DNA of 64,000 nt, taken from positions 45,796 through 109,795 of the forward strand of contig CAYLVW010000003.1 of NCBI GenBank assembly GCA_964387275.1. Direction: 5' to 3'. A program made the translations under genes and the position numbers. The notes under the pieces are model-generated. The model saw only the letters and a program-made list of their open reading frames with translations, searched no databases and was not told the DNA's origin. Position 1 is the first letter of the stretch. Every line of letters begins with the position of its first letter. The stretch comes from an uncultured Candidatus Saccharibacteria bacterium. Its GTDB lineage: Bacteria; Patescibacteriota; WWE3; UBA101185; UBA10185. This document shows positions 52,710-62,154 of the stretch, piece by piece.

Positions 52710-53022
52710 GTGAATAATAATACACCACTACACAAATAATTAACAAGCCTATAAGAACTAACACATCAGCCACATTGAAAGCAAACATATTAAAAAAGTT
52801 TAGGTTGTCTAAAACGCACTCACCATTTAGCCTAAAATAAGAGTTATAAGAACTACCGCCCAAAAAAAGAATAATACCCAGTAGGTAGAGTTTATTGGTC
52901 AAAAGCTTTTGAAACTGGTAAATAAAAAAAATAAAAGCTAAACCACAGACAAAAAGCAGATATTTAAATTCCAAATACCCAGACAAAAGATAAAAACAGT
53001 TATATGTCCCATCAATAAACAT
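52693..53022 (-). CDS. lspA: Lipoprotein signal peptidase (LspA)-like, N-terminally short
   Basis: 'GGSSYNSYFRLNGECVLDNLNFF...FNVADVLVLIG' resembles LspA 'GGALGNLIDRL...VVDF...FNIAD'. Only 109 aa. Confidence 0.55.
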   Translation of the reverse strand: MFIDGTYNCFYLLSGYLEFKYLLFVCGLAFIFFIYQFQKLLTNKLYLLGIILFLGGSSYNSYFRLNGECVLDNLNFFNMFAFNVADVLVLIGLLIICVVVYYYSHGTTK

Positions 53023-53025
53023 TTA

Positions 53026-53958
53026 TTATTTACTGTGGGCAATACAAGTGGTAGCTTCTGGGAAGGCTTTTAAACGAGCTGTTTCTATAGGACTGTTACA
53101 AACCTCACATATCCCGTATTTACCTATTTTTAGTCTTGCTAAAGCTTTCCTAACGAGTACTTGCATAGAATTTACACTGGCTTTTTGCCTATCAATATCC
53201 TCTTTTCTAAGATCCTCTAAAATGGCTTCGTCTAACTCTTCTGAATTTCCAACTGCCCTATCGCCTTTTAAGTAAGGATCTTCCTCAGTAAGCTGTTTTT
53301 GCTCCTTGTCCAGTCTCTTTTCTTTATTAATTAGAGTATCTTTAAAAAATTTTAATAGTCCTTCGGAAAGTTTATTATTTGGCATATCTCGTTTAAACCT
53401 AAAATATAAATTAACTGTACTTAGTGTAACTAATATTAGGTAAAAGATCAAATATGGAACTGTGCGTATGATTGAAACACCAAGCAAAACCCCGACACAA
53501 ATAAAAAACGAAAAAATAATCCCGGATTTTAAACTTTTATCACGAAGTTTTGTAAATGTTACAACAGAAACAAAGTAGACAAAACTAATTATCAGATCTA
53601 GGGGTGCTTTATTAACAAAAAATTTCCCAAAAAAGTATACGAAAATACTTATAGACCAAGAGAGGCTAAATATATCCAGTACCCTAAAAACTGACCATCG
53701 CCAAAATCTCGACAATATAAAAATAGGAAGTAAAGCCCCAATAATGTAAGAATATACCCCAAGAGAACTAAATATAAACAATACTGAGGATAAGACTGAG
53801 GTTAGTATGAATAAGTCGAACAGTTTAAATTCTACGAAACCGTCCCTCCTACCTAGAAACCATACTACAAAAGAGGAAGTAAAAATACCTAAACCCCCGA
53901 AAACATATAGTGTCCTTAGTGAAAAAAATCCTAAATTTAAAATCTCAGGCAACTGCAT
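53026..53958 (-). CDS. Polytopic membrane protein fused to a C-terminal DksA/TraR-type zinc finger
   Basis: About 200 aa of TM helices and a charged linker. C-terminal 'CEVCNSPIETARLKAFPEATTCIAH' resembles DksA 'CEECG..IPEARLKA.P.A..C..C'. Confidence 0.55.
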   Translation of the reverse strand: MQLPEILNLGFFSLRTLYVFGGLGIFTSSFVVWFLGRRDGFVEFKLFDLFILTSVLSSVLFIFSSLGVYSYIIGALLPIFILSRFWRWSVFRVLDIFSLSWSISIFVYFFGKFFVNKAPLDLIISFVYFVSVVTFTKLRDKSLKSGIIFSFFICVGVLLGVSIIRTVPYLIFYLILVTLSTVNLYFRFKRDMPNNKLSEGLLKFFKDTLINKEKRLDKEQKQLTEEDPYLKGDRAVGNSEELDEAILEDLRKEDIDRQKASVNSMQVLVRKALARLKIGKYGICEVCNSPIETARLKAFPEATTCIAHSK

Positions 53959-53999
53959 ATAGGTATTATACCCTGTGTGAAAAGATAAGTATCTGCTGG

Positions 54000-54554
54000 T
54001 TAAGCCTTCTGTATGTACTCACCTGTCCTAGTATCCACCTTTATCTTATCTCCAATTTTTATAAAAGTAGGAACTTTTACCACTGCCCCATTGTGTAAAG
54101 TGGCGTCTTTTAGAACATTGCTTACTGTGTTTCCCTTAAATCCTGGCTCTGTATAGGTCACTTCAAATATTAACGTTATTGGCAGATCAACAGAAATAGG
54201 GTTATCTTCAAAATAAACTACCTGACAAATCTCGCCCTCAATTAAAAATCTCACGGCATCTCCGATAGCATCTTCAGTAATGTATATTTGCTCATAAGTG
54301 TCCGGATCCATGAAAACAAACCTATCACCCTCTTTATATAAATATTGCGCGTTCTTACGTCTAACGTCAGCCTCTTCCACTACCACAGAAGCGCCGTATC
54401 CTTTCTCCAAAACATTACCTGTAATGAGATTTCTAACCTTAACCTTCACATTAGCCCCACCTCTTGCTGATTTTATATGCTCATACCTTAGTACAATAAG
54501 TGGTTGGTTATCCTCTTTGTATATTTTTCCTGTTTTTAAATCTGAGGCTATCAT
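54000..54554 (-). CDS. efp: Elongation factor P
   Basis: Three EF-P domains. '...KSARGGANVKVKVRNLITG...' aligns with E. coli EF-P. Start moved to the MIASDLKTG ATG. Confidence 0.85.
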   Translation of the reverse strand: MIASDLKTGKIYKEDNQPLIVLRYEHIKSARGGANVKVKVRNLITGNVLEKGYGASVVVEEADVRRKNAQYLYKEGDRFVFMDPDTYEQIYITEDAIGDAVRFLIEGEICQVVYFEDNPISVDLPITLIFEVTYTEPGFKGNTVSNVLKDATLHNGAVVKVPTFIKIGDKIKVDTRTGEYIQKA

Positions 54555-54663
54555 AACGCCAGCTATGATAACAGAAATGGCGCGTCCTGGCAAAACTAAT
54601 ACAGCATTCGCGTTTTTTCGCAAAGGTGCTGTGTTTTGCCGGGCCGCGCCAGGAAAACTGTTC

Positions 54664-55047
54664 CTAACTACTAATTAAAACTCCGTGATTAAGAAAAACT
54701 TCACGTAAACTCCTAAGTGCCTGCTGAGCAAAACTCTGAGGAAAACTAGTAAGCAAGGAACCGGGATCAACTGTAAATTTACCTTCAGCAATGGTATTCC
54801 CAGATCTTGAGGAAGAATGGAATTGAGAGCCTCTATAAATCCTTAGTGAAGCGTTTACCGGATGATAGCTAATATCTTGCTTAATAATCCACCCAAAGAC
54901 GGAAGTCAAAAAAGACCTACGAATCTTTAAAACCTCTCGCCAATACAAGATTTTAGGTAACCTAGGTAAAAGGCTAACATCCCCCAAGTTAAAAGCTTGA
55001 GACAAGCCATTATCAAGAGTTATAAGGACGATAGTTTCTCCTGACAT
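54664..55047 (-). CDS. Hypothetical protein
   Basis: 127-aa ORF upstream of efp with no motif. Confidence 0.35.
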   Translation of the reverse strand: MSGETIVLITLDNGLSQAFNLGDVSLLPRLPKILYWREVLKIRRSFLTSVFGWIIKQDISYHPVNASLRIYRGSQFHSSSRSGNTIAEGKFTVDPGSLLTSFPQSFAQQALRSLREVFLNHGVLISS

Positions 55048-55200
55048 CTTTCTCTCCTCTTTATAAACTAGGGTGTATGGTAATAAAAACTTGGTTTTTT
55101 TGCAAACTAATCAAAAGCTATTGGGATTAAAATAATACTATTAAATTAGGGGATCTTAGACACCCCAAGTCACTAAGCTCACCTTACCTGCTAAGTAACA

Positions 55201-55286
55201 TGGTGCCGTGAGTGAGAGTCGAACTCACACGGGATTGCTCCCAGTGGTTTTTGAGACCACCGCGTATACCATTCCGCCACCACGGC
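55201..55286 (-). tRNA. tRNA-Leu (anticodon CAA), type II with long variable arm
   Basis: Reverse complement 'GCCGTGG TG GCG GAATGGTATA CGC G GTGGT CTCAAAA ACCAC TGGGAGCAATCCCGT GTGAG TTCGACT CTCAC TCACGGC A CCA'. 7-bp acceptor, 3-bp D stem, T-loop TTCGA. CCA is encoded. Confidence 0.8.
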
Positions 55287-55374
55287 AAAATATCTAGAAC
55301 GGGACAATTTTACCATAGTAGCCTGTTGTGACAATACATACCTTACTGATACTATCTGAGATTTAAATAAATCA

Positions 55375-56757
55375 TTAATTCTGAGAACGCTCAACCTCGT
55401 AGAACTTTGTCCTGTTACCCTTAAAAAATAAGTCAATCTCTCCAGTAGCACCGTTTCTGTGCTTTGCAATTAGTAGCTTATAATTTTCCCTATCTTCTTC
55501 GTTTGGTCTATATAGGAACATGACAACGTCTGCATCTTGCTCAATGGATCCTGAATCCCTCAAGTCTGAAAGCTGTGGTTTTTTATCTCCGCCCCTCTGC
55601 TCAACAGCTCTGGATAACTGGGAAAGCGCTACCACGGGAACCTTTAGTTCCCTAGCTAAATTCTTAAGAGACTGAGATATTTCTGAAACTTCTTGAACTC
55701 TACTGTCTAAATTTCTGCCTTTAACAAGCTGGAGATAATCAACAACAATTAAGCCTATTTTATGTTCCAATTGGAGCCTTCTGGCTTTAGTTCGCATCTC
55801 CATAACACCTATACCAGGAGTGTCATCTATAAAAATAGGTGCCTCTGCAAGCTCTCCTGCGGCGATGCCATACTTTTCAAAATCTTCTGGTTCAAGATTA
55901 CCTGTTGATATCTTCCAGTTATCAATACTCCCCTGCGCAGATATCATACGATCTACTATGGATTCCCTACCCATTTCCAGTGAAAAAACAGCTACCGGTA
56001 TTTTGTGCTCTACCGCTGCATATTGTGCGGCATTAATGGCCAAAGATGTCTTACCAACAGAGGGTCTTGCTGCAAGTATTATCAAGTTTTCTTTCTGAAA
56101 CCCAGACAACATCTTATCCAAAATTTTAAGTCCTGTGGGAGTACCTCTAAGAGCGCCTCTTGTTTTACTAAGCTCATCCAACCTTTCAAAAGTAACCTCC
56201 AGAGTATCCTTAACATGTACAAAGTCTTGATGCATTCGATCCTGGGATACTGAGTATAACAATTGCTCAGAACGATCTAGTAGCTCGTCAATCTCGGGCT
56301 CTGTATATACCATATCATTAATTTGAGCCGCCATTCCAATAAGTGCTCTCTTTACAGCGTGGTCTTTAATAAGTTTTGCGTAGTACTCAACATTTCCTGC
56401 AGTTGGTACAAAATTCACTAGTTCGGATAAATAAGTTACTCCCCCACTTTCTTCTAACTTATTTAATTTCTTTAATTCGCCAGGAACAGTTATTAAGTCA
56501 GGTGGCTCCCTTCTCTCATAAAGATTTAGGATTGCAGTATAGATATTTTGATGTGAGGTTTTGTAAAAATGCTCGGGTCTTAAAAACTCCACCACTTTTA
56601 TCATCGCATCTTTATCAATTAACAAAGCACCAATGACTGATTTCTCAGCGTCGAGATCATGCGGAGGCAAACCGTGCCCCTGAATATTTAATCTCGCATT
56701 TTCGTCATATACTTTTTTGGTGTTTTTTTGTACTTTAGGCATAGATGTTTGCAACAA
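55375..56757 (-). CDS. dnaB: Replicative DNA helicase DnaB
   Basis: N-terminal 'DLDAEKSVIGALLID' and RecA-like 'ILAARPSVGKTSLAINAA'. 460 aa. Confidence 0.9.
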   Translation of the reverse strand: MLQTSMPKVQKNTKKVYDENARLNIQGHGLPPHDLDAEKSVIGALLIDKDAMIKVVEFLRPEHFYKTSHQNIYTAILNLYERREPPDLITVPGELKKLNKLEESGGVTYLSELVNFVPTAGNVEYYAKLIKDHAVKRALIGMAAQINDMVYTEPEIDELLDRSEQLLYSVSQDRMHQDFVHVKDTLEVTFERLDELSKTRGALRGTPTGLKILDKMLSGFQKENLIILAARPSVGKTSLAINAAQYAAVEHKIPVAVFSLEMGRESIVDRMISAQGSIDNWKISTGNLEPEDFEKYGIAAGELAEAPIFIDDTPGIGVMEMRTKARRLQLEHKIGLIVVDYLQLVKGRNLDSRVQEVSEISQSLKNLARELKVPVVALSQLSRAVEQRGGDKKPQLSDLRDSGSIEQDADVVMFLYRPNEEDRENYKLLIAKHRNGATGEIDLFFKGNRTKFYEVERSQN

Positions 56758-56830
56758 CTATCTTAATATAGCCGTACAGATTTTATTTTTCAAGACAACT
56801 TTGGCAGTTAATATACAATGAGGCACTAAT

Positions 56831-57484
56831 TTAGTGAGTAGGTATCAAAACTACTACTTCTGTTTCGTCTGGGATATCTGATTTACCAGAAACTTTTAGT
56901 TTTTCTACCGGTTTTAGCCCATCCTCACCCATTTCATGTAAAAATTTTTCAATGCCATCCATTTTTTCAGGAATACCTACAAGATCGGGGGTCTGGTAGT
57001 GCATTGGTAAAACGTATCCAGGCTCGATACTTGAAATTACTTTGGAAGCAAGTTTAGAATCAATCGTAAAAACCCCACCGACAGGAATCATAAGTACATC
57101 TATTTCAGGTAATCTCTCTAAGGTCTCTTTTGAAAGCTCGTGACCTAAATCTCCTAAATGTAACAAATTAAAACCATCGGCTTCAATAAGAAATATAGTG
57201 TTCTTACCCCTTATGGAACCATCACTTAAATCATGAAAGGTAGAAATGCCCACCACCGAAACGTCCAAAGCTTCAAACTCACCGGGAGTAGTAATAGCTA
57301 GCTTGGAGATAGCAAGTCCAGAAACGTTAGAGTGATCTGGATGCGAATGACTAACTGTAACTAAATCGGCTTCTAACTTAGGAAGCCTATAACCAAGCAT
57401 CTTTGGGTCGTATGGGTCAGTAACTATAATTGCAGATTTGGTTTTGATTTTAAAACAGGAATGCCCTATATATGTAATTTCCAT
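56831..57484 (-). CDS. MBL-fold metal-dependent hydrolase (UPF0173-like)
   Basis: 'VTVSHSHPDHSN' HxHxDH motif. Confidence 0.75.
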   Translation of the reverse strand: MEITYIGHSCFKIKTKSAIIVTDPYDPKMLGYRLPKLEADLVTVSHSHPDHSNVSGLAISKLAITTPGEFEALDVSVVGISTFHDLSDGSIRGKNTIFLIEADGFNLLHLGDLGHELSKETLERLPEIDVLMIPVGGVFTIDSKLASKVISSIEPGYVLPMHYQTPDLVGIPEKMDGIEKFLHEMGEDGLKPVEKLKVSGKSDIPDETEVVVLIPTH

Positions 57485-57686
57485 TGCTGTATCTTAGCAA
57501 ATGTTTTTAGATCTTTCTACATAAATATCGGTAAATGAATACTTTGTGGACTAAAGTTTAACCACTCTTTCTTTATTGTTGGTCAATTTCAGGTCCGTAG
57601 CCCCCCCCCAGACTAAAACCCAAACCTAGCAACTCTACAAAAACAAACTAACTTTTGCTATATTATTCAAAATAAGGGAGAACAAA

Positions 57687-58046
57687 ATGCAATCCACTGT
57701 GTTTGTAAACACGGAGAACTGCAAATTAAGTAGGATTACGGCTGGCCTTACTTTAACTGAAGCGTGTGAACAACTAGACAACGTTAAAAAATACCGTATA
57801 TCAACTACCCCAAGAGGAATTAAGTGCATAGGAATAAGGACAGAGTTTGATGTAAAAGTGTTTGGTATGTTTATACAAGGCACTAATCCAGATCTTGGAA
57901 TTGTTGAACAAGTATTAGACAGACGTTTTAAGGTTCACCGATTTAAGCTAGAGATGGACAAAGAAACCAGACAGCATATTCTATCCCTGCCTTGGGGGGA
58001 CAGACTTGTTAGAATACTAGATAAATATGTCTCAGAAGTGGAATAA
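57687..58046 (+). CDS. ORFan P4 (island 2), homolog of P3
   Basis: 'FDVKVFGMFIQGTNPDLGIVEQVLDRRFKV' against P3 'FDVIKG...TITNPDGYILVVLDRYRKI'. Confidence 0.5.
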   Translation: MQSTVFVNTENCKLSRITAGLTLTEACEQLDNVKKYRISTTPRGIKCIGIRTEFDVKVFGMFIQGTNPDLGIVEQVLDRRFKVHRFKLEMDKETRQHILSLPWGDRLVRILDKYVSEVE

Positions 58047-58157
58047 GTAGTGGATCTGGCGTCTTTTGATTTCAAGTTTCAAAAACCCAAAGTATAAAGT
58101 GGTAGTGTACCTACTCTACCCCGATATAATCAATATTCATCACAGCAAGAGGAAAAA

Positions 58158-58571
58158 ATGAAAAACTTTGGGGCAAGATCTGCACTATTTATCCTTAAAG
58201 AAGCCGATGAGTACAATGGAGATAGAGAACCAAAGCTTGCTTTAACTGCAGTACGTAAGAGACTAGAAGAAGTTGTGTCGTGGTATAGAGATGGTAGGTA
58301 TAAAAACATACAGATTGATTTAAGAGCCGAAAAGAAGTTCGATGGTATATACCTACTGTTCCGGGGACAAAAAGTCTTTGGGATATATCTTGTAGGAGAG
58401 ATTAAATCCAGAGAGCTGGGAATTGTACTTAGAGATCTTTATAAGGTAATGCATTTTAACCTAGTTATGAGAAGATCCGAAAGCTATTTGCTGGAAGGTT
58501 TTTGGGGCAAAGGTTTTATGGATGTTATCAGCCATTATAAGAGAGATCAACGGGTGTGGTTTGCCAGGTAA
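58158..58571 (+). CDS. ORFan P5 (island 2), probable homolog of P6
   Basis: 'WYRDGRYKNIQIDL...LVGEIKSRELGIVLRDLY' against P6 'EYRERDRICIFTLL...VYGNRVSREPVLIEVY'. Confidence 0.45.
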   Translation: MKNFGARSALFILKEADEYNGDREPKLALTAVRKRLEEVVSWYRDGRYKNIQIDLRAEKKFDGIYLLFRGQKVFGIYLVGEIKSRELGIVLRDLYKVMHFNLVMRRSESYLLEGFWGKGFMDVISHYKRDQRVWFAR

Positions 58572-58588
58572 GTTTTAGGAGGTAGGTA

Positions 58589-58624
58589 GGCGGGGCCAGT
58601 TTTCTAAAGTAAACTGGCCCCGCC
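58589..58624. terminator. Bidirectional rho-independent terminator
   Basis: 'ggcggggccagttt ctaaagt aaactggccccgcc'. 14-bp stem between convergent P5 and P2. Confidence 0.65.
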
Positions 58625-58658
58625 TCAACAAAACAAACACTAAAATCTTAATAAACGC

Positions 58659-59084
58659 TCAAGTATATAAAGGAGTATATCTCTCAAAAACCTCCGACCT
58701 TAGCAAATCCTTAATCTGGAAATCCCAATAATTGTAAATTGTTTCCAAATAGAGAGGTTGAATCTCAATTACAAAATCTAAATGACCGTAAATTGTTTGC
58801 AAAAGTTCAACAAATCTCGGAATATCGGGTCTTCTGGTAACACCCTTATTGGTAATGTCACAAATGTAAATCCCACAAACATTTTCGAATAGGTCCCTTG
58901 TCCTGGCAGGTCTATAAACAAATACTCCATACCCAACAGATTTAATAACAAACTCTTCAGCATTTGATAACCGAAGCTTACGACGGCACATGCTCTCAAA
59001 ATCATCTATAGAAAGACCTGGCTTAATACCGGTGTACCTATGAACAGGATTTTCAGGAAAACAAACAAAACCAAAACTTCGCAT
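58659..59084 (-). CDS. ORFan P2 (island 2)
   Basis: 141 aa with no motif. Weak 'LF.E...GI.Y' and 'LL..IY...I' similarity to P1. Confidence 0.45.
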   Translation of the reverse strand: MRSFGFVCFPENPVHRYTGIKPGLSIDDFESMCRRKLRLSNAEEFVIKSVGYGVFVYRPARTRDLFENVCGIYICDITNKGVTRRPDIPRFVELLQTIYGHLDFVIEIQPLYLETIYNYWDFQIKDLLRSEVFERYTPLYT

Positions 59085-59189
59085 CCTTCCCTCCTCTGAA
59101 TTTAATTTTTATACACCAAAATACGCTCAATTTAAAGATCTAAGCCGTGGTTACTTCATTTTTTTTTCTAAATAGACTATTATAGCCGT

Positions 59190-60557
59190 ATGAATGACAA
59201 AGGAAATGATGTAAAACAAAATAAAAGCCTCACTCCACAACCCTATAAAGGTGCACGAGATTTCTATCCAAAAGACATGGAAATAAGAAATTTTATTTTT
59301 AATACATGGAAAGCGGTGTTAGTAAAATATGGCTATGAAGAATATGACTTCCCTATTTTGGAACCCTTGGAGATATTTGCTGCAAAATCAGGTGAAGAAA
59401 TAATCAGCGAACAACTTTTCAGCTTCCAAGACAAGGCTGGAAGAAAACTTGCCATAAGACCTGAACTCACACCAGGTACTGTTAGACTCATAGTCCAAAG
59501 ATATAAAGAGCTTCCACAACCAATAAAATGGTTCATGATAGGAAACAACTGGAGATACGAAAAACCACAACAAGGAAGAGGTAGGGAGTTCAATCAGTTA
59601 GAAGTAAATATATTTGGGGTTGATAGCAACTTAGCAGACCTGGAGATATTCTCACTAATAATCGAGCTTATGAAAGCTTTTGGCGCCGATGAAAACATGT
59701 TTGAGGTTGAAGTTAGCGATAGAAGATTAATTAATGCCCTACTTTCAGAAACCTTGAAACTACCTCAAGAAAAACAAGTTCTGGTCAGAAGAATCATGGA
59801 CAAAAGAACTAAAGTATCAAAAGAAGACTTTTACACCATGCTAAAAGAATTAGGTTTAAATGAAAGCGAATGTGAAAAGATTGATCTTTTTCTGTACTCA
59901 AATTTAAACTCACTTCAAAGTGTTATTTCAGGAAGTATCTTAGAATCCAATCAAGGTTATATAAATATCCTAAACTTGTTCGAAAAGCTTAAAAAAGTAG
60001 GACTTGATAAATACTGTAGGTTTGACCCGTCAATAATTAGAGGTTTTGACTACAGTGATGGTCTGGTATATGAGGTATATGACAAAAATCAAGAAAATAA
60101 AAGATCTATGTTTGGGGGTGAAAGATTTGATAAGTTAGCCAATATTTTTGGAGAATATTCCTTACCAGCAACTGGATTTGCAATGGGAGATTATACACTG
60201 CTAGAGTTTCTAAGAAACTGGAAGCTACTACCTGAATTTATACCAAAAACAGAGTACTTGGTCACAATATGGCCCGGTGCTAAAGAAGAAGTAGATGATA
60301 AATACTTCTCTGCTTCTTATAAAGCTGCAGAAAAACTAAGGAATAAAGGATTTACAACTATGCTTTGGAATGACCCTAAAACTAAAATAGACAAACAACT
60401 TAAATACGCTGACAAAAAGGGGATACCTTTTGTTGTAATAATTGGAGATTCTGAAATCGAAAACGAAAAGATTACAGTTAAAAATCTTAACAATGAAACG
60501 CAAGGAACTTTTAGCTATGATGAATTTTTCACTGAAATAGAAAAAAAGTCAAAATAA
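59190..60557 (+). CDS. hisS: Histidyl-tRNA synthetase
   Basis: 'KGARDFYP' motif 1 region. 'RYEKPQQGRGREFNQLEVNIFG' class II motif 2. C-terminal anticodon-binding domain. Confidence 0.8.
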   Translation: MNDKGNDVKQNKSLTPQPYKGARDFYPKDMEIRNFIFNTWKAVLVKYGYEEYDFPILEPLEIFAAKSGEEIISEQLFSFQDKAGRKLAIRPELTPGTVRLIVQRYKELPQPIKWFMIGNNWRYEKPQQGRGREFNQLEVNIFGVDSNLADLEIFSLIIELMKAFGADENMFEVEVSDRRLINALLSETLKLPQEKQVLVRRIMDKRTKVSKEDFYTMLKELGLNESECEKIDLFLYSNLNSLQSVISGSILESNQGYINILNLFEKLKKVGLDKYCRFDPSIIRGFDYSDGLVYEVYDKNQENKRSMFGGERFDKLANIFGEYSLPATGFAMGDYTLLEFLRNWKLLPEFIPKTEYLVTIWPGAKEEVDDKYFSASYKAAEKLRNKGFTTMLWNDPKTKIDKQLKYADKKGIPFVVIIGDSEIENEKITVKNLNNETQGTFSYDEFFTEIEKKSK

Positions 60558-60613
60558 CCTAAACACCAAATATACCCTTTCTCGAATAATCAAAATCCAC
60601 TATCATTTAAGAT

Positions 60614-61609
60614 ATGGCAAAAAAACTACCCAAAAACCTGCAAATAGCCTTTATAGCATTAATAATTGCCCACATTCTTTGGGGAGCAGCTACACCAATA
60701 ATTAAAATTACTCTAAATGAAATACCTCCATTTACGTTTTTGTTTCTAAGATTCTTGCTTGTAGGAATAATATGCCTTCCGTTTTTGTATCTGGAGTTGA
60801 AAAATAACCCAGTCAATAAAAAAGACATACCTAATTTAGTAATTTTAGGGCTATTGGGGCAATCAAGTTTAATACTGCTTTTTATAGGTCTTAATTACAC
60901 AACTACAATAGATGCAGCTATATTAAGTGTATTTTCGCCTCTTTTTGCCATAATAGCCGGTCATCACTTTTTTAATGAAAAAGTTAATGAAAAAGTTAAA
61001 TTTGGCGTAGCTCTTGCTACATTGGGCACTAGTGTTGTAATTTTTGAGCCTCTTTTTTCTACAACAACATCAACTGTACCGTTTCATTTAAGAATCACGG
61101 GTGACTTACTTATTATTTTATATAATGTAGCGTTTACGGCCTTTATCCTATGGTCAAAAATGGTAATGGGGCAAAAGTCTTTAGTATTAAAAGATGAGTT
61201 AAAACATTTAAAAATTAAACCAATGCACAAAACTTACCACCCAAATTTAATAACCTTAATAACTTTCTATATAGCGTTAGCGAGTTTTATACCTTTCTCA
61301 CTTCTTGAAGTATTTGGATATCTTGGTGGAAATCCCTTTCATATAGGTATGGTGGATAAATGGGGGGTGCTGGGAATAATATATATGGCTATATTCTCAT
61401 CAATAGTTGCCTACCTTCTGTTTCAATGGGGACTTGAAGAATCCAGCGTTGCAGACACAGCTATCCTGGGGTATTTAACACCAATATTTACCCTACCCTT
61501 TTCATTTATTTTATTGAGTGAGATACCAACGTCTCTTAACATAGTAGGAATGGTTATAATTATGGTGGGTGTATTTATATCAGAGCGCTATAAAACAACA
61601 GCCAAATGA
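60614..61609 (+). CDS. EamA/DMT-family transporter
   Basis: Ten TM segments in two EamA-like halves. Confidence 0.7.
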   Translation: MAKKLPKNLQIAFIALIIAHILWGAATPIIKITLNEIPPFTFLFLRFLLVGIICLPFLYLELKNNPVNKKDIPNLVILGLLGQSSLILLFIGLNYTTTIDAAILSVFSPLFAIIAGHHFFNEKVNEKVKFGVALATLGTSVVIFEPLFSTTTSTVPFHLRITGDLLIILYNVAFTAFILWSKMVMGQKSLVLKDELKHLKIKPMHKTYHPNLITLITFYIALASFIPFSLLEVFGYLGGNPFHIGMVDKWGVLGIIYMAIFSSIVAYLLFQWGLEESSVADTAILGYLTPIFTLPFSFILLSEIPTSLNIVGMVIIMVGVFISERYKTTAK

Positions 61610-61747
61610 AGAAGCCGCAACTAAGTCTAGGTTGTTAATAGTGAGTAATAGAAAAGTTCATAGAAGAAGCAGTAATACCAAACCAACTACAAAAATAAAC
61701 CCCATAATTGCCCTTGCAAAGCCTTTTTTAACCTGTTATACTCGCAT

Positions 61748-62104
61748 TTGCGATTTATGAAAGACACTATACACCCACAAGTTCATACAGACTGTGTTGT
61801 CACATGTGTTTGTGGCAGCTCATTCACTACAATATCCACTAAAAAAACTATATCAGTGGAAATCTGCTCTAAATGCCATCCCTTTTATACAGGCCAACAA
61901 AAGTTTGTAGATACAGAAGGTAGAATTGATAAATTCGCTAAAAAAGTGAAGCTGGCACAAGATAAACAAGAAGCTACACAAAAAGTAAAAGCTGCTAAAA
62001 AAACCAAGAAAATGGAAGCCCAAACCAAAGCACCAGAACAAAAAGTATCCCTTAAAGATATCCTAAAACAAGCAAAAGAGTCTTCAAAAGAAGAAAGTAA
62101 TTAG
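61748..62104 (+). CDS. rpmE: 50S ribosomal protein bL31 with a Lys-rich C-terminal extension
   Basis: 'IHPQ...CVCGSSF...[13 protein letters not shown]' bL31 zinc-ribbon signature, followed by a tail of about 45 aa of K/A/E. Confidence 0.8.
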   Translation: MRFMKDTIHPQVHTDCVVTCVCGSSFTTISTKKTISVEICSKCHPFYTGQQKFVDTEGRIDKFAKKVKLAQDKQEATQKVKAAKKTKKMEAQTKAPEQKVSLKDILKQAKESSKEESN

Positions 62105-62154
62105 ATAAATCCCATACCTAACCAGTATAGTAGTGTAATTGGTAAACTATCCAT

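Noticed and set aside
55191-55469. A 92-aa ORF on the minus strand.
   Set aside because: It overlaps the tRNA-Leu(CAA) gene (55201-55286) and the dnaB 3' end. It is a spurious ORF.
58158-58571. GIY-YIG-like motifs in ORFans P5 ('DGIYLLFRGQKVFGIYLVGE') and P1 ('HIYKVHDYPYIGVSDS...NL..H').
   Set aside because: The spacing (6 aa in P1) and the absence of the conserved Arg/Glu/Asn catalytic residues in clear register make this too weak to call a nuclease fold from sequence alone. I note it only as something a profile search should test.
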